Positions 42,513-55,100 of a stretch of DNA of 64,000 nt are shown in pieces. Position numbers and translations under genes: made by a program. Source of the stretch: Tubiluchus corallicola (Eukaryota > Animalia > Priapulida); the NCBI GenBank assembly GCA_030141605.1, contig JAQGDQ010000404.1:1-64000 (forward strand), read 5' to 3'. A model generated the notes under the pieces. That model did not search any database, was not told the DNA's origin, and saw only the letters and a program-made list of their open reading frames with translations. Each line of letters starts with the position of its first letter. Position 1 is the first letter of the stretch.

Positions 42513-43502
42513 AGGTAAACTGGGGTAAGATTGACACATCTTCATAATTTCATTCTGTAATAGGATGAAAATGCAAAAATATCAGAAGACTTTTACAGAA
42601 TTTTGGTCTTTAGTAATCTACTAAATAAATTGTAGTCTTCCAGAAAAAGATTTTCTTAAAATCAGATAGCCATACCACGTATGTCCCACTCGTCTTGACA
42701 ACACACGATTTCATTGTTTCTCAAAACTGCACATCCATTCAATTCCAGGAGTTCAATCAGTAAACCTTTCAGAAGTATCTCTGCCTAAGTTTTTCATATA
42801 TTCTTTTACAATGCTTCTTACACACTCTTTGTCAACACCAAGCCCCCAGTCAGCTAGTAGTCTGCATAAACTATGAACAAGTAAGCCTTCCTCTTTATTT
42901 GTCTGAACAGTCGGTCTGCCAACTTTACCGCACTTCTCACCTTTGAGGTGATTAAATAAGAGCGCGTCTTTTCACATTATGAAGTCTAGCTGCACTTGCT
43001 ACTGTCATTCGATTATCTTTAACATCACGAACAGCTGCTTCCATGGCAGCTTTACTGTAAATCACACAATTCTCATTCTTCCTTTTGTACTTTCTTGTGA
43101 TTTTTTTAGTCGCTACAACTTAAATAGAACTTGTAAGAACTCTAAATTTTTATAGCAAGACAAAATACGTAACAACGTGTGCTACGTAACAAGAATGTGT
43201 GTGGCCCAAATAGACTGATATTATTTAATGTGAAATATTTGCCCAAACGTAGTGTTCATATGCATGTGAGGTAATGTTTTATACGTTAAAAAATGGCCAA
43301 AATGATACTCACTAAAAGAAAGGAATAAAAATAAATACAACATTTCACTGCTATATTTTTGAATTAGATTTAAAATATGTTAGAATGCCACTTAATTTCC
43401 TTAACTTGTTTTTTTACGATAATGCTCTTAGAAATGATGTCAGTAAGGCATAATGAACATGTGTCAATGTTACCCCAGTGTCGATGTTATCCCGCTTTAC
43501 CT
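42513..43502 (-). mobile_element. Internally deleted pogo/Fot1-type DNA transposon with a pseudogenised transposase N-terminus
   Basis: TA|AGGTAAACTGGGGTAAGATTGACACAT at the left, a matching inverted end at the right (with a duplicated subunit), and a TA TSD. The minus strand at ~43100-42680 reads RKYKRK...YSKAAMEAAVRDVKDNRMTVASAARLHNV...VGRPTV..NKEE...LADWG...TPGIEWMCSF (HTH_psq plus CENP-B HTH), with frameshifts and stops. Confidence 0.85.
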
Positions 43503-43801
43503 TAGCGTGATTAGATAGCCGTATTCTCCTGAATAGAACAGTACCTAATTTACAGTCATTTAAATGTCTGAGTTCATTCTTAGCCAAACAATCATTGGTG
43601 TTATAAGACTTATTTTGAGTTGCGTGGTTCTGAAGGACTTATTTGTTGTATGTGTTCCAAAACTGGCTTCTTTCAGTGTTGCACTTCTTAGCTCTATATA
43701 CAGAGATACTTCTTTTCTATATACAGAGATATGTATTTGTGTGTGTCTGCGTGTGTGTGCGTGCACACATGCACGCTAGGGGAACTACGTGTTACTACAA
43801 G

Positions 43802-44042
43802 TAATAATAATAATAATTTCGTTCAGGACATAGTCCGTGGATAACACCTTTAGTAACTCAATACTTATATCCAAGGTGGTCCTGATTATTATTACCCGCA
43901 CGTTACTTTAACAAACCCACGTGCCTGGTCGAAGAACCAGCGGTACCATTTTTGGAGTCTTTGGTATGACTCGATCGGGAGTTGAACCAGCAACCTGCCG
44001 GGTAGGAAGCGAGCACGCTACCATTGAGCTACACCACCCGGT
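43802..44042 (-). mobile_element. tRNA-derived SINE with conserved core and LINE-like tail
   Basis: On the minus strand: box A TAGCTCAATGG (44031-44021), box B GGTTCAACTCC (43988-43978), core GAGTCATACCAAAGACTCCAAAAATGGTACC, 3' segment CAGGACCACCTTGGATATAAG...GTGTTATCC and a (TTA)n tail. No acceptor stem. Confidence 0.8.
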
Positions 44043-44852
44043 ACAATAATAATAAGTGTGATAATAGCTTCTTTTACGATAGTAACTGACAATAAGTGTT
44101 ACATGCAATAAGTGTGAACATTTTAATTACTTTCAAAGTTTTCACTTATGTTATTCAAACTAATAATATTACTTTCACCCTTAATGTGCAAAAATTACGC
44201 ATTTAGATGATATTTATTGCTGATGCTGTTTGTTACTGGTCACCTTACTATTATTTTGACCAGTAAATTGTAATTGAGCGTCCGTTCAGTTGCAAACTGC
44301 CTAATCTTAACTAATTTCTTGCTCAGCAATTATGCAAACTTATCCCTTTATGGTGAGCGCCTAGTGGTTTGATTGGACCGAATAATTCTAAACATCTAGT
44401 CTTAATACTACTAAAAATATCTTTGCATGAAGTAAGATAGATATGGCTAAATCCTTTTTTAGAAGCACTGACAGTTTTTTCAAAAATGCAATGAGTGGTG
44501 TATACGTTATTTGGTTGTGACTATTTGCGATGCTGTCATTTCAATGTTGCCCCCGAGGTCTTTTAATTGAAATAATTATAATGATGAATTATACTTTATA
44601 TAATAAATTAATTGGTACGGTTTGGAGTATGTGGAGGAAATTATCGTTAAGCACAGGACTTTTTTTATGATTTTTTTCAGAGTTTAAAGCTGATTATGTA
44701 ATATAATTAATCTGAAATATTATTAGAAAGGTTACTCTTTAAACGTAAACGTACGTTTTGAACTCGAGTTCACGCACAAGACCATTATTGACCACTGGCA
44801 ATGTTGCACAAAAGCAGAGATTTTTGTATTCGCGTTACGTTCTGACGTGTGT

Positions 44853-45080
44853 GAGCCAGCAGCTCAGCTGGTCACATTAAGCGCTTAAAGGTGTGTGTCA
44901 TCGGGGTTTAATCTGATTGGTTAGTCACGTACCAATCCGGCATGCAGGTCCTGACTGTGCCTTGGCCACTTAGGCCAGGCTGCTTTGGCCAACGGTGAAT
45001 ATAAGTTACCTGGAGGTAAAAGGTATATTTAGTGAATCAGTCCCCATGAGTTCGCTATTGTGCTGATATAGAATTCCGTG
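44853..45080 (+). mobile_element. Possible decayed tRNA-derived SINE
   Basis: Box A-like AGCTCAGCTGGT, degenerate box B GGGTTTAATC and a GC-richer body. Boundaries are unclear. Confidence 0.35.
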
Positions 45081-46102
45081 TCCTAAGTTTTGTATTAAGA
45101 AGAAAATTTATGATTTTTATGTAATGTGCATGCTGTCTTTATCGTGGTATAACGAAATGCAAGCCGCGTGCCTTTGGCTTGTTGCCAACACACGTTGTGT
45201 TAACTTTAAGTTTGAAGAGGTTTTTTGATAGTTGTCGAGCCAGGGGTGAAAAACTGCTGGAGAAACGCACGTGATATGTTTTGGCACCTTGCCAAGTATT
45301 TGCGTACCGCGTTAGTTAACGCAAAACAGTATGATCGAATCAGATAGTGGCATTCTTACCGCTCATTATGTTACCTTGAGAGCTGGAATTTGGCAATGTT
45401 TGACGTTGCGGTTTATTGAAGTGTGTGTTCATGTAATATACAGGCTTTCTGTGTAGTTTTGACACGATTCCAACTATAACTTTACTTCTAAAAACCACGT
45501 TGCCAGGGCAATAATTAGACTGAAGCCTGGGCGAGTGGGCTGTACGTGTGAAACACATGTGATTTATTCTACTTCGTTCCTGGTTAATAATGAGTTCGAA
45601 AACAGTGATTTTTGATGTTTTCTCTTGCGGGTGGTTTGTGCGTGCAAAACAGGTGTAGTGGTTTTACTTGTAAACTTGTAGTATGCTGTACTAGTTCAGT
45701 AGCAACTGAAGTAATGTCAGCGGATGTATTTGAATATTTTGAACCGTTTGCAGGCTATGCTAATGCAGATGACCCAGCAATATTTTTACGGGGTTGCATG
45801 AGTAGTAGCTGCGTCACACATGCACGTCACCAAGCTTGCATTCCAATATCTTTATATTATTACTGTCTGGGGGCGTGTCAAACACTAGATATTCATTATA
45901 ATTCATTGATTAATTTGATCTTGCATAACAATTTAATAGGTGCATCTTTTTTTAATTCAAGTTTCATTTTCAGGTTAATATATTATTGATTATTTGGTTT
46001 ACACGAACTATTTTTTTCAGGTCAAGTTAAAATCATCGATGGAGCAACAAGTAAACTGAATGACTCTAGGCTTATCGCCTCATAGTTAGTGAAAGGGTTA
46101 AG

Positions 46103-49100
46103 ATGACTGCTCCACAGAAGGCTTACCCTGGGTTAGAATTTAGTCTACTGGAGTCAAATGATTTAACTCAGGTCAATGGAATGAAGCATCTTATTGTAGA
46201 CTACCTGAATACATGTAAGTATCCTCTATCACTATATTACTAGGTGCTGCCCATGTGCATATTAGCAACAACAGGGTAAGAGAATAGCGGTGAACTTGAC
46301 AAACAAAGTTAAGCTTATTGATAAGCTTGCTAAAAAATGGATGGTGACCTTTGTAAATTTGCTTTTTGGCAATTTCATCTGTCTACTGCCCCTAGATGCT
46401 CACATCCTGGCTCATTGAGGAAGGATCTATATGAATTCAAACATACAGAGTCTCATTTTAGAGGCTCAGGCTTTCCAATGATGTAGATTCCTGTCCGGCC
46501 ACAACTATTTACATCAAGTATGTGTGATGGAGTTAGGTTTGCAGTGTAGTAGAGTTAGTCAATGATGGAGTTAGGTTTGCCAGCTGCCAAATTATGTAAG
46601 AATGAGTAAATTAGTCTTCGATTTGTTCATTCTTCTATTGTTTTTCATATTTATTTCTTCTTTCGTTCTTCTACTTCTTTAATGCTTTTCTTTTATTTAT
46701 TTGTTAATTCATTTATTCTCTGTTTTACTTGTTATCCATATCCATGCAGATGTATGACTGAGTGTATGATATAACCCAGTTTTTGGTTCTTTGTACAATG
46801 GCTACCAAAATTAAAGCCACAGAAATAGCCAAGATAATAGTGGTAAGTGCAAAGGTGAGCTAAACATGCATCAAGAGTGTGCTTTATATATGTATGTATG
46901 ATCGTTTAGTAATGGTAGTAAAATAGGTTATATGTGTATAAAATACGATGGCATGAAACTATGATTATTAAATTTTTGAGACAAAAATTGACAATATGAA
47001 AAAGTTGGTGTTAGCCTGCATTCGAACCAGAAACTTTTTGCAGAAGTTTAATTAATAACCAAGAATAATTAACACGTTTAATACAGTAATCAAATTTGTA
47101 TAAAATGTTGTTGTTAATTATATTTTTAGAGCTTTGAACAGTGTTCAAGCATTGATTAAAATTCATTTTCGTTGATTCTGAGTTCAAGGTCCAAGCATTT
47201 TTACTCATGCTTATTTTATTAATTATATTTGTGTGAATGCTTTAGTGTGGGAGATCAGATTGCAGTGGATACTTTTTTACACTGACTTTACTGATGTTGG
47301 CTTTATGGAAAATTCGTAGTGAATCAGTGCATTATGATAAACATTAAGCAATAGATTGCTTGCTTGTGCTAACCTGAACGTTTTTCACATCCATGAACAG
47401 CTGTTAAATTCTCAAAAGGGATGGTTCCAGACGCATTTTATGATGGGGCATGTGTTGGTTTTAGCCACAACAACTTTTTTCTGGTTTGCAACCAAGGAGT
47501 TAATTCCAGAAAGCTAGGTCATGTGTTAATTCCAGAAAGCTAGGTCATGTACAGTAAAATGTTCTTGTCTGCTTTTAACTGCTAGACTGATGAGGCCTTG
47601 CAAGCACTTTTGTGTGTTTTGGCACAGGGCCATTCAGTCTTGTGATCTGCAAATGTACCTGGCGAATATATACACGATTGTTCTATAGATGTTTGGAAAT
47701 CTTTTTGCTCACTTTTAAACATGAATTTTTTCTCTTCAGGTTTTTTATAACAGCATATTTTTTACATCAGTTTTCCAAAGAAGTCGCAGCCTAGCTTGAT
47801 TTAAAAAATGACAATATTAATATTTTCACCAAGACTCAAATCTATAATGCTTCTTTGAAAATTCGAGAATTTTTTAGACATTGCTGTTTGTGCCATAATA
47901 TTAAATAATGTGACGAGCTACAGGTGCTTATTTTATAGGAAATGACATTGCGCTGTGTATTTTTATTATGACAGTGCTCAATAACATGTATGCCTTCGCC
48001 TTCTTAAACAAATGTCAGAGCAGGCTTAGAATCACTAATTTTATGTCAGCACCATTTCTAGTTCTTCTGACGGCTCAAGCCTAGGTCAGGCAATATTCAA
48101 TTAGCTACTAATTGTGTGGCTGACTTTCCTGCCAGGTACAACCACTGGCAACAAATGCGTCGGCTGGCTTATAATATTACGACGTATTACTGTTATGCCA
48201 GGCAGCCTGTGACGACAATAAAATCGGCAACATCCAGTTTATATCGATAATTTTATGCTCTTCTTTTAACAAATATACCTGCTGCAGCCAACATATGAAT
48301 AGGCAGAATACAATCCAAAGTAATGCTAGTACGTAAATAGTGAAATAAATAGTACAGATATAAACAATGCAGAATATTATATAGCACTTTTGCATGGTAA
48401 ACGATAATTATTAAGCAAGTTCTCTTGTCGAAACCTTGGAAGGCACTGTGACTATCAGCTTATTGATGCACTTCAATTTGTGCAATACTTGTACTAAAAA
48501 CTTGTAGTAATAAACAAAGGAGAGGTGGGTAGATCACCTACTCTGACAAAATAACAGTTAATTGATCTTACATTATTTAGGTTAATTATTACTAGCCATA
48601 TTACTTTTCTTCTGCAAACACTAAATCAGACTGCACATAAAAAAAGTAAATTCACTGCACTAAAACTTGGGTCGCATTTGTTAGTGGTGTCAGAGCATAG
48701 CACGAATGCAAAAATCTTTGATGGTGCGAAATATTGTCTCTGTTTTGCCAATAGTTCCAGAGTCATGGTTGGTTAATGGTCTAGTAGACTTCTACATGTC
48801 AACCAATTCTTCTCGGGCGCTGTCCATCCTTTCCTCACTTAGAGAACCACACCACAAGGTAAATATTATTACATATGGATGTTTTCTCATTTTGTGTAAC
48901 AAAAGTGTTGTAGTCTTGTGTGTTGCAGTTGATTTTTTTGTGGATTACCATGTTTTTCTGCAGTTGCTATCATTTTAAAGCTATATCAGTTTATGCATCT
49001 TGTGGAACATTTATTTACCAAATAAAACTTTTATTGAGGCTTCTAGAGCATATTCAAAAAAAGTGACCTCCTGTCATCTTTGTTAGTTTTACATAAATTT

Positions 49101-52100
49101 ATTTTAATAGTTTTCATTTTAACGATCTTAACAGCAGCTAGTCATACTACTGTGTATACAACATTTGTTGGACAAAATTGCAACTTCTTTAGCATCTCAT
49201 GTAATCCGCAGTTCGTACCTCTCGGTTAGCTGTTCTTTGAAAGTTATAATAATATTCATTAAATATTGAAAACCACCCTTAATGGAATGTCTAAAAGCAT
49301 TCTCGGGTTTTGTGTAATTAGATGTTGATGGGTGAGAAAACGTTTTTAGGCATTACTTTACAATTAAAAAAAATCTGTAATAGTGTTAAAATGTGGCAGT
49401 GTCCCGGCTATATTATGTAAGCTTTGACAAAATTGATTTATGTTGCTGGATTAGTGATTTACAGCTAGGTGATAGTGGCATTGGCATACCAATCAAAGTT
49501 AAACATCTTCACATTTGTCAGTGACTGGATTGGTGATAATCAGCAACACTGCTCCTGTGTGGTTTACTGCTTTTGGCTATTTTCATCGTTGAGTTAGGCT
49601 ATATATGTATCTAAACATTATTAACACATCTCTCTGGCTGGTTCAGTGTCTTACCCCTGGGAACAGTGTAATGGTGTAGGTTCCAGTCCCACCACCCTCA
49701 ATTGGATTAGTGTCGGCGAAGTTGAATACTGTTTTCCGACTTGCAAAGTGTCTTTCTTTTTTTAAATTAATAATTAAATAATCATAAATAATAATCAATA
49801 ATATGTATAATAGCGAAAATTTTACTTATAGCTACAGTTACTAATGTCGTACTGCTTTTTTTCAGCATTTGTTTGACAACATGCATGACTACATGAAGGC
49901 TGATCACAAATTACAAACTTTGACACTGCTGGGTCATGTAATTCGAAAGCAACCCCCTTGGCTACACAAAATCGTCTGCACTCATCCTCTACTAAGTACT
50001 ATCCTGAAATGTTTAAAGGTGGGTCATATTTGGGTTACAATGTCATTACCCAAGACAGGGGCTGTGCCATGTCTTGTGCTTAGATCATGAGTGATTTTAT
50101 TTTGTATTTCTGTTGTTGCAAATGCTTGTAACTGAATACTATTAAGTTCTATATAGAAGAATATGTTTTCTGTGATGACACTTTAGTGATGAAAAAATGT
50201 TCTTATAGATTAGAAAATATGGAAATCAAGTTTTGCTTTTTTAAAAATTGTCATAAGCATACATATTTGCTTATGAGTTTTCAATACTCATAATTCAAAA
50301 ATCTCAAGTTTTTAATTAAAATTTCTTGCCAAGTTGTTGCTTGCTCAGAAATTAGTGTGACAACTTGAATCAGAAAAAATGGTCTTTTAGCTGAAGAATG
50401 TGAAAATATTGATTTTTTTTCATCTAGATTGCTAGACGTCTTTAAGTTGCTGATGGATAACTTTTGTTGCTGCATGTAAAGGGGCCATGTACTTCATCAA
50501 TAATTCACCTTTTTACTACAGAAATGTTTTCTTTCCTGCTTCTCATTGTCTCTGTTTTCACTTTTCTCTCAATCCTTTCACTCCATCGCCCTTTCCTTTT
50601 CTTCCTTCCTCTTTTTCTGTATTCTCAAATTTGTGTTGTTCGTACTAGAGCATATTTATTAAGTAATTACAATAATTTACAAAGAGTTATTATGTTACAT
50701 GTACATAAGCATCTTTATATTTTACAACTAGTCAGTGTGCAATATGCCTAAATAGTAATAATCTTATTTCGTCCACTGAAAAGGCAGCAGGTAATTAATG
50801 TTATGTTTTTAGACTGGCAGTGACATTACTTTGCTAATGAATGGCTCTCTCGTAATCACGACTCTTCTGCCCATGGTCCCATCGCTGATTAGTTCGCATT
50901 TGGGACAAGTTTTTGACGTTTTCTGGAGAATGGCTTCACTAGTCACTAAAAAATCTGGTTTGCTACATTATGATTTTTATAATATGTTCATAGGTTTATG
51001 GCATTAGTGACCAATTAATAGTTGTCTGTAATTTTAAAAGCAAGCCTTTATATCCCTATACTGGTAATCTTGTTTACTTTGCTTGAAAAGGTTTACTTAA
51101 TATATCCATTGGCATGCCTTAAATTCACATGCAGTAATTGTTGCGCATTTGTTTCCAAATTACACTAGAGCAGAGTCTAAGATCCATTTGTGAAATGACA
51201 TTTTTTAAACCTTTTCTTAGTTGACATTATATAGCTGCTTTATGTTCATCGTGTAAATAAATAGGATCCATGGAGCCAAAATGATGATGAATAAAGAAAA
51301 GAACGACTTTTTAGGTACTTCAAGCTTTGTAGGAGGCTCATGTAGTTTCATGTTTTGAGACAAAAGATTTTTGTGTTCATGTACAATCTTATAGGTTGGC
51401 TCTTACAGCGTGTTCAGACTAGCGAGTTTTCTCTGTGAGAGTAAACTCGCAAGTGTGCACGGCTTTCTGAGTTACTGTCAGCGACTTTTTTCAAACACTT
51501 CGACAGTTGTTGTGAGTTGATGCTTTTTAATCTGAACAGGCTCGTGGGTTTTTTTGGTGAGCTTGTTGAGTTTACTTGGCGAGATAATTTGCTAGTCTGA
51601 ACCAGTATTGTAGTCAAGTCTTTCAGCTCAAGGCCAAGTTGAGTCCCAAGTCTTTGGGGTTCAAGTTTGAGTCGAGTCTCAAGTCACTGTGGCCCAAGTC
51701 TGAGTAGAGTTTCAAGTCATTGTGTCTTCATCTGAGATGAGTCCCAAGTCATGTTTGCGTGGTCGTGTTCAATTTCAAATGGAGTTTCAAGTAAAAATAA
51801 TCCAAAATTAAATCGATTAAATCTTTTTATTGAGTAACAGAAAAGTGATATTATAATCAGCAATACTAATTACAATCTACTACGAACACCGATCAAACAT
51901 TGGATTGATATGCTTTCGCAAGCAATACAAATGTAAGCTTTGTCCATTTGCGTCCCAGACAAGTAACAAGTCATTTATTGCAAGTCCTAGTCAAGTCTTG
52001 AGTCCGTGACATGTGAGTCCAAGTCGACTTCATGTCTAAAGCAAATTGCAACTTGAGTCATACTCGAATACTACAAACACTGATCTGAATGCACAGTAAG

Positions 52101-55100
52101 GTAGACAGATTTTGTGCCATGTGTGCAGTCTTTTTTACCCGAAGAGCAGTCTATGAGGTTTTTCTCCAATATTAGATGCACACTTCAATTGAATACTGTG
52201 CACACTGACAACAAAAATATTTCAACTTACCAACTTCGTTACACTTGTACGCCAGCTGACCTGCTTCAATACAGTAGTAGACACTGATGCGTTTTAACCA
52301 ATGGTGTACCTGAATTACTGTTATATCCCGCCAGTGGTGCCAAGTGCACTTAACCGAATTAAATAAGAATTAACCAATGAAAAATGGCTTGAGCTGTTGT
52401 ACTTGGCTATTTAGAAGAGTGATACAATAGACGTCTTGTATCATTCTTATACCGCAAAATTATATATTGCATTTTAGCCAGTTAGCAGTGTAGAATTTTT
52501 TGTAACATTGGACAAAGTCATTTATGTGAAACTTGCAATCTGATGCAACTTTGAAATGATGTCGTTATGTATTCTTTAGGCAGTCAACCTGATGTGCATC
52601 TGGTACATCTACATGTGGCAGCTTATCATTTATTTCATTACCTCTATGGAATGTTTCCATGTAATTTTGTGGCCTATCTTCGACACAGTGCGTCCAAGGA
52701 TGAAAATGCTCTTGTCATGAAGAACACAATTTTGGTAAGTTTTCCTGCATTATTGTGGTACACGGTTAGCATTTTTATATATTTCATTTTAGGAAGTTTG
52801 TGGTTATAGTTACAATTGACATAAGAAAAACCTATTTAAGAATCTGTGTAGATAATTTAAAGATGCTGTTTAAATAAATTAATGTAGTTTTTCAAATAAA
52901 ATTTATATTTGAGTAAAAAAACATAAGATACCAAAATTATTAGCAAAAAATCAGTCTCCTCTTTGAGTCGTTCCTTTTACAGGACTGTTTTTTATTTTTA
53001 AAGTTTTCTATCCTGTTTCCTCATTATTTGTACTGTCAGTTTTATATATTTTAGAATATTATAAACAGTAACTTGTTATGGCGCATTAACTGTCTAGTCA
53101 TTTCTGCAATTATGTTTTTCGCAGACGTACATTTTCAAGATTATTAATTAATTTCTGAATTGAAAGTTCTCCTTAAGTTTTTTTGTCTAGTTTTTTCGGT
53201 CACTAAGTGCAAAATTGTAGACATTTCGATTTTCGCATTCTTGTTGAACTTGGTGACACATTCATTGCTACAGCACATGTTTCAGAAATAATCACTTCAC
53301 AGTTGCAGCAAAACGTATTCTGCAGATTAGCAATTCTTGTTTTATGAATTGTTTTTATAGCTAATTAAGTTGTGATCTGCAGCCATCATTTTATTTATAA
53401 TCTTGTAGCCATTTTTGGAGAGAGTGCGAATGCATCCTGGACTAGTCACCTCCGATAAGCCAGTGGAGGTATCGAAGACGAAATGGTATCGCAAAGAAGT
53501 GCATGATATTGTCATGGAGTGTGCCAAACATTCATTGGATGCTGCTGAAGGAACTAGCGATGCTCAGGGACCATTGTACTATTTTGAGAAAAACCGCCGT
53601 TCTTTGGATCAGTTGTACAGGAAATTTGGTAAGCAAATACCAATAATTTTCTTTTGTCCATGCATGTAAAAATTGAAGGTTTTGCTAGTACTAGATCTTT
53701 CTAAGTATTGTTGGTTGTTGGACTGACTGCAGGAACAATTTATTTAGTGGCATACATAGTTTGTTGCATCCTCACTTTCTGTGGAGATGACTGTGGATGT
53801 GACCTCCACAATTAGGTGATACCATGGAGTAGAACTGATTCTACTTTTTGCAGGCATAAAATTGAACCCGTTCTATCACTGATTTTGTTGCATCAGACCT
53901 TTAGACCGAGTGTTAACACTAGATTGAGATCTCTTGTTTGGTGTATGAATAGCAAAGCCACAAGGCACCTAGTTTGTGCTCATATATAAAGCTGTAGACC
54001 AGCAGAATTATTCTGTTAAAATGCCTATGATGGTGACACCTATTGAGGAAGGAGAGAAAGATTCATAAGCGCATAGTCCTTTGAGCAATGTCATTGCATC
54101 ATGATCATACATGCGTAGAGTAGCCACTGAAATCAATAGGAGTGCAATGACAAATGCGCATGACTGCGCTTTTCTTCCTTCATGCATGATGTTCACAATT
54201 CTGTGACAATTGAATTATTAATCGTTGAATTTGCTGCGCCGTGCATTGTATGTAATGTGCTAGACGAACGTGCATTCCTTTTGAGAAGAGCACCAGGTTC
54301 TTGAAATGGAAGAAGACAACACAGCATTTGATGTACATCTTAACTTTAGCACCAAGTTTCACATACTAACAATCAAATTAATGGAAAATGATGGCAAAAT
54401 GTCATTAGGCAGTTTTAATTCCAACTTCACCAATTTCAAGAGCAATGACACCACTCTTGTTATGGAAATGGCACTGCCTGACCTGGGGATGGCAATGTTC
54501 TTAAGCGCTGTTGGATCCATTTTGAATGTTTTGGTTGTCGTTGCCTTTTCTAAATTCAAACAGCTGCAGACTAACACAAACAAGTATTTAGCTTGTCTGG
54601 CTGTCACTGATCTAATATTCGCACTGACAGTTATTATTGCTGGTGTACAGTATATGTTCCTGCGTCTGGATGATGCCATTTCATGCAGTGTAAAGGTTTT
54701 CATGGCTGTTTATGTACTGATGTCAAGCGTGGTTGTTTTATCACTGGTGACTTTTGACAGATACATTGCTATAACCAATCCAATCAAATACAAACGGTTT
54801 ACATCGAAAAAGCATACCAGGCTTATTACTAGTTGTATTTTGTATTCAGCCTTCATTGCTGGCGTTGGTTTTATTCAACCTTTTTTCATCGACATGAAAG
54901 CCCGTGGAGAGTGTGATGTGGACATTCTTCTATGGGATTGGTTTGCAGTGTTTGTTGCTTCACACTACATTGCAGCCTTTGCCTTCATGTTGTTTGCGTA
55001 TGGGAAGATTATTCAAGCAGCCCAGATTCGGCGAATGAGGGTGCATGAAATGAATCAGCAGCATGAATTACAAAGGGCATTCTCGATTATTCAGATGAAA

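Noticed and set aside
43970-44042. tRNA gene on the minus strand
   Set aside because: Boxes A and B are present, but the acceptor stem does not pair and the sequence runs into a SINE core and tail.
49630-49745. tRNA/SINE-like fragment (GTAGGTTCCAGTCCCAC)
   Set aside because: Only a degenerate box B; no convincing box A, tail or boundaries.
54359-54703. Minus-strand 114-aa ORF
   Set aside because: Antisense shadow of the nested GPCR.
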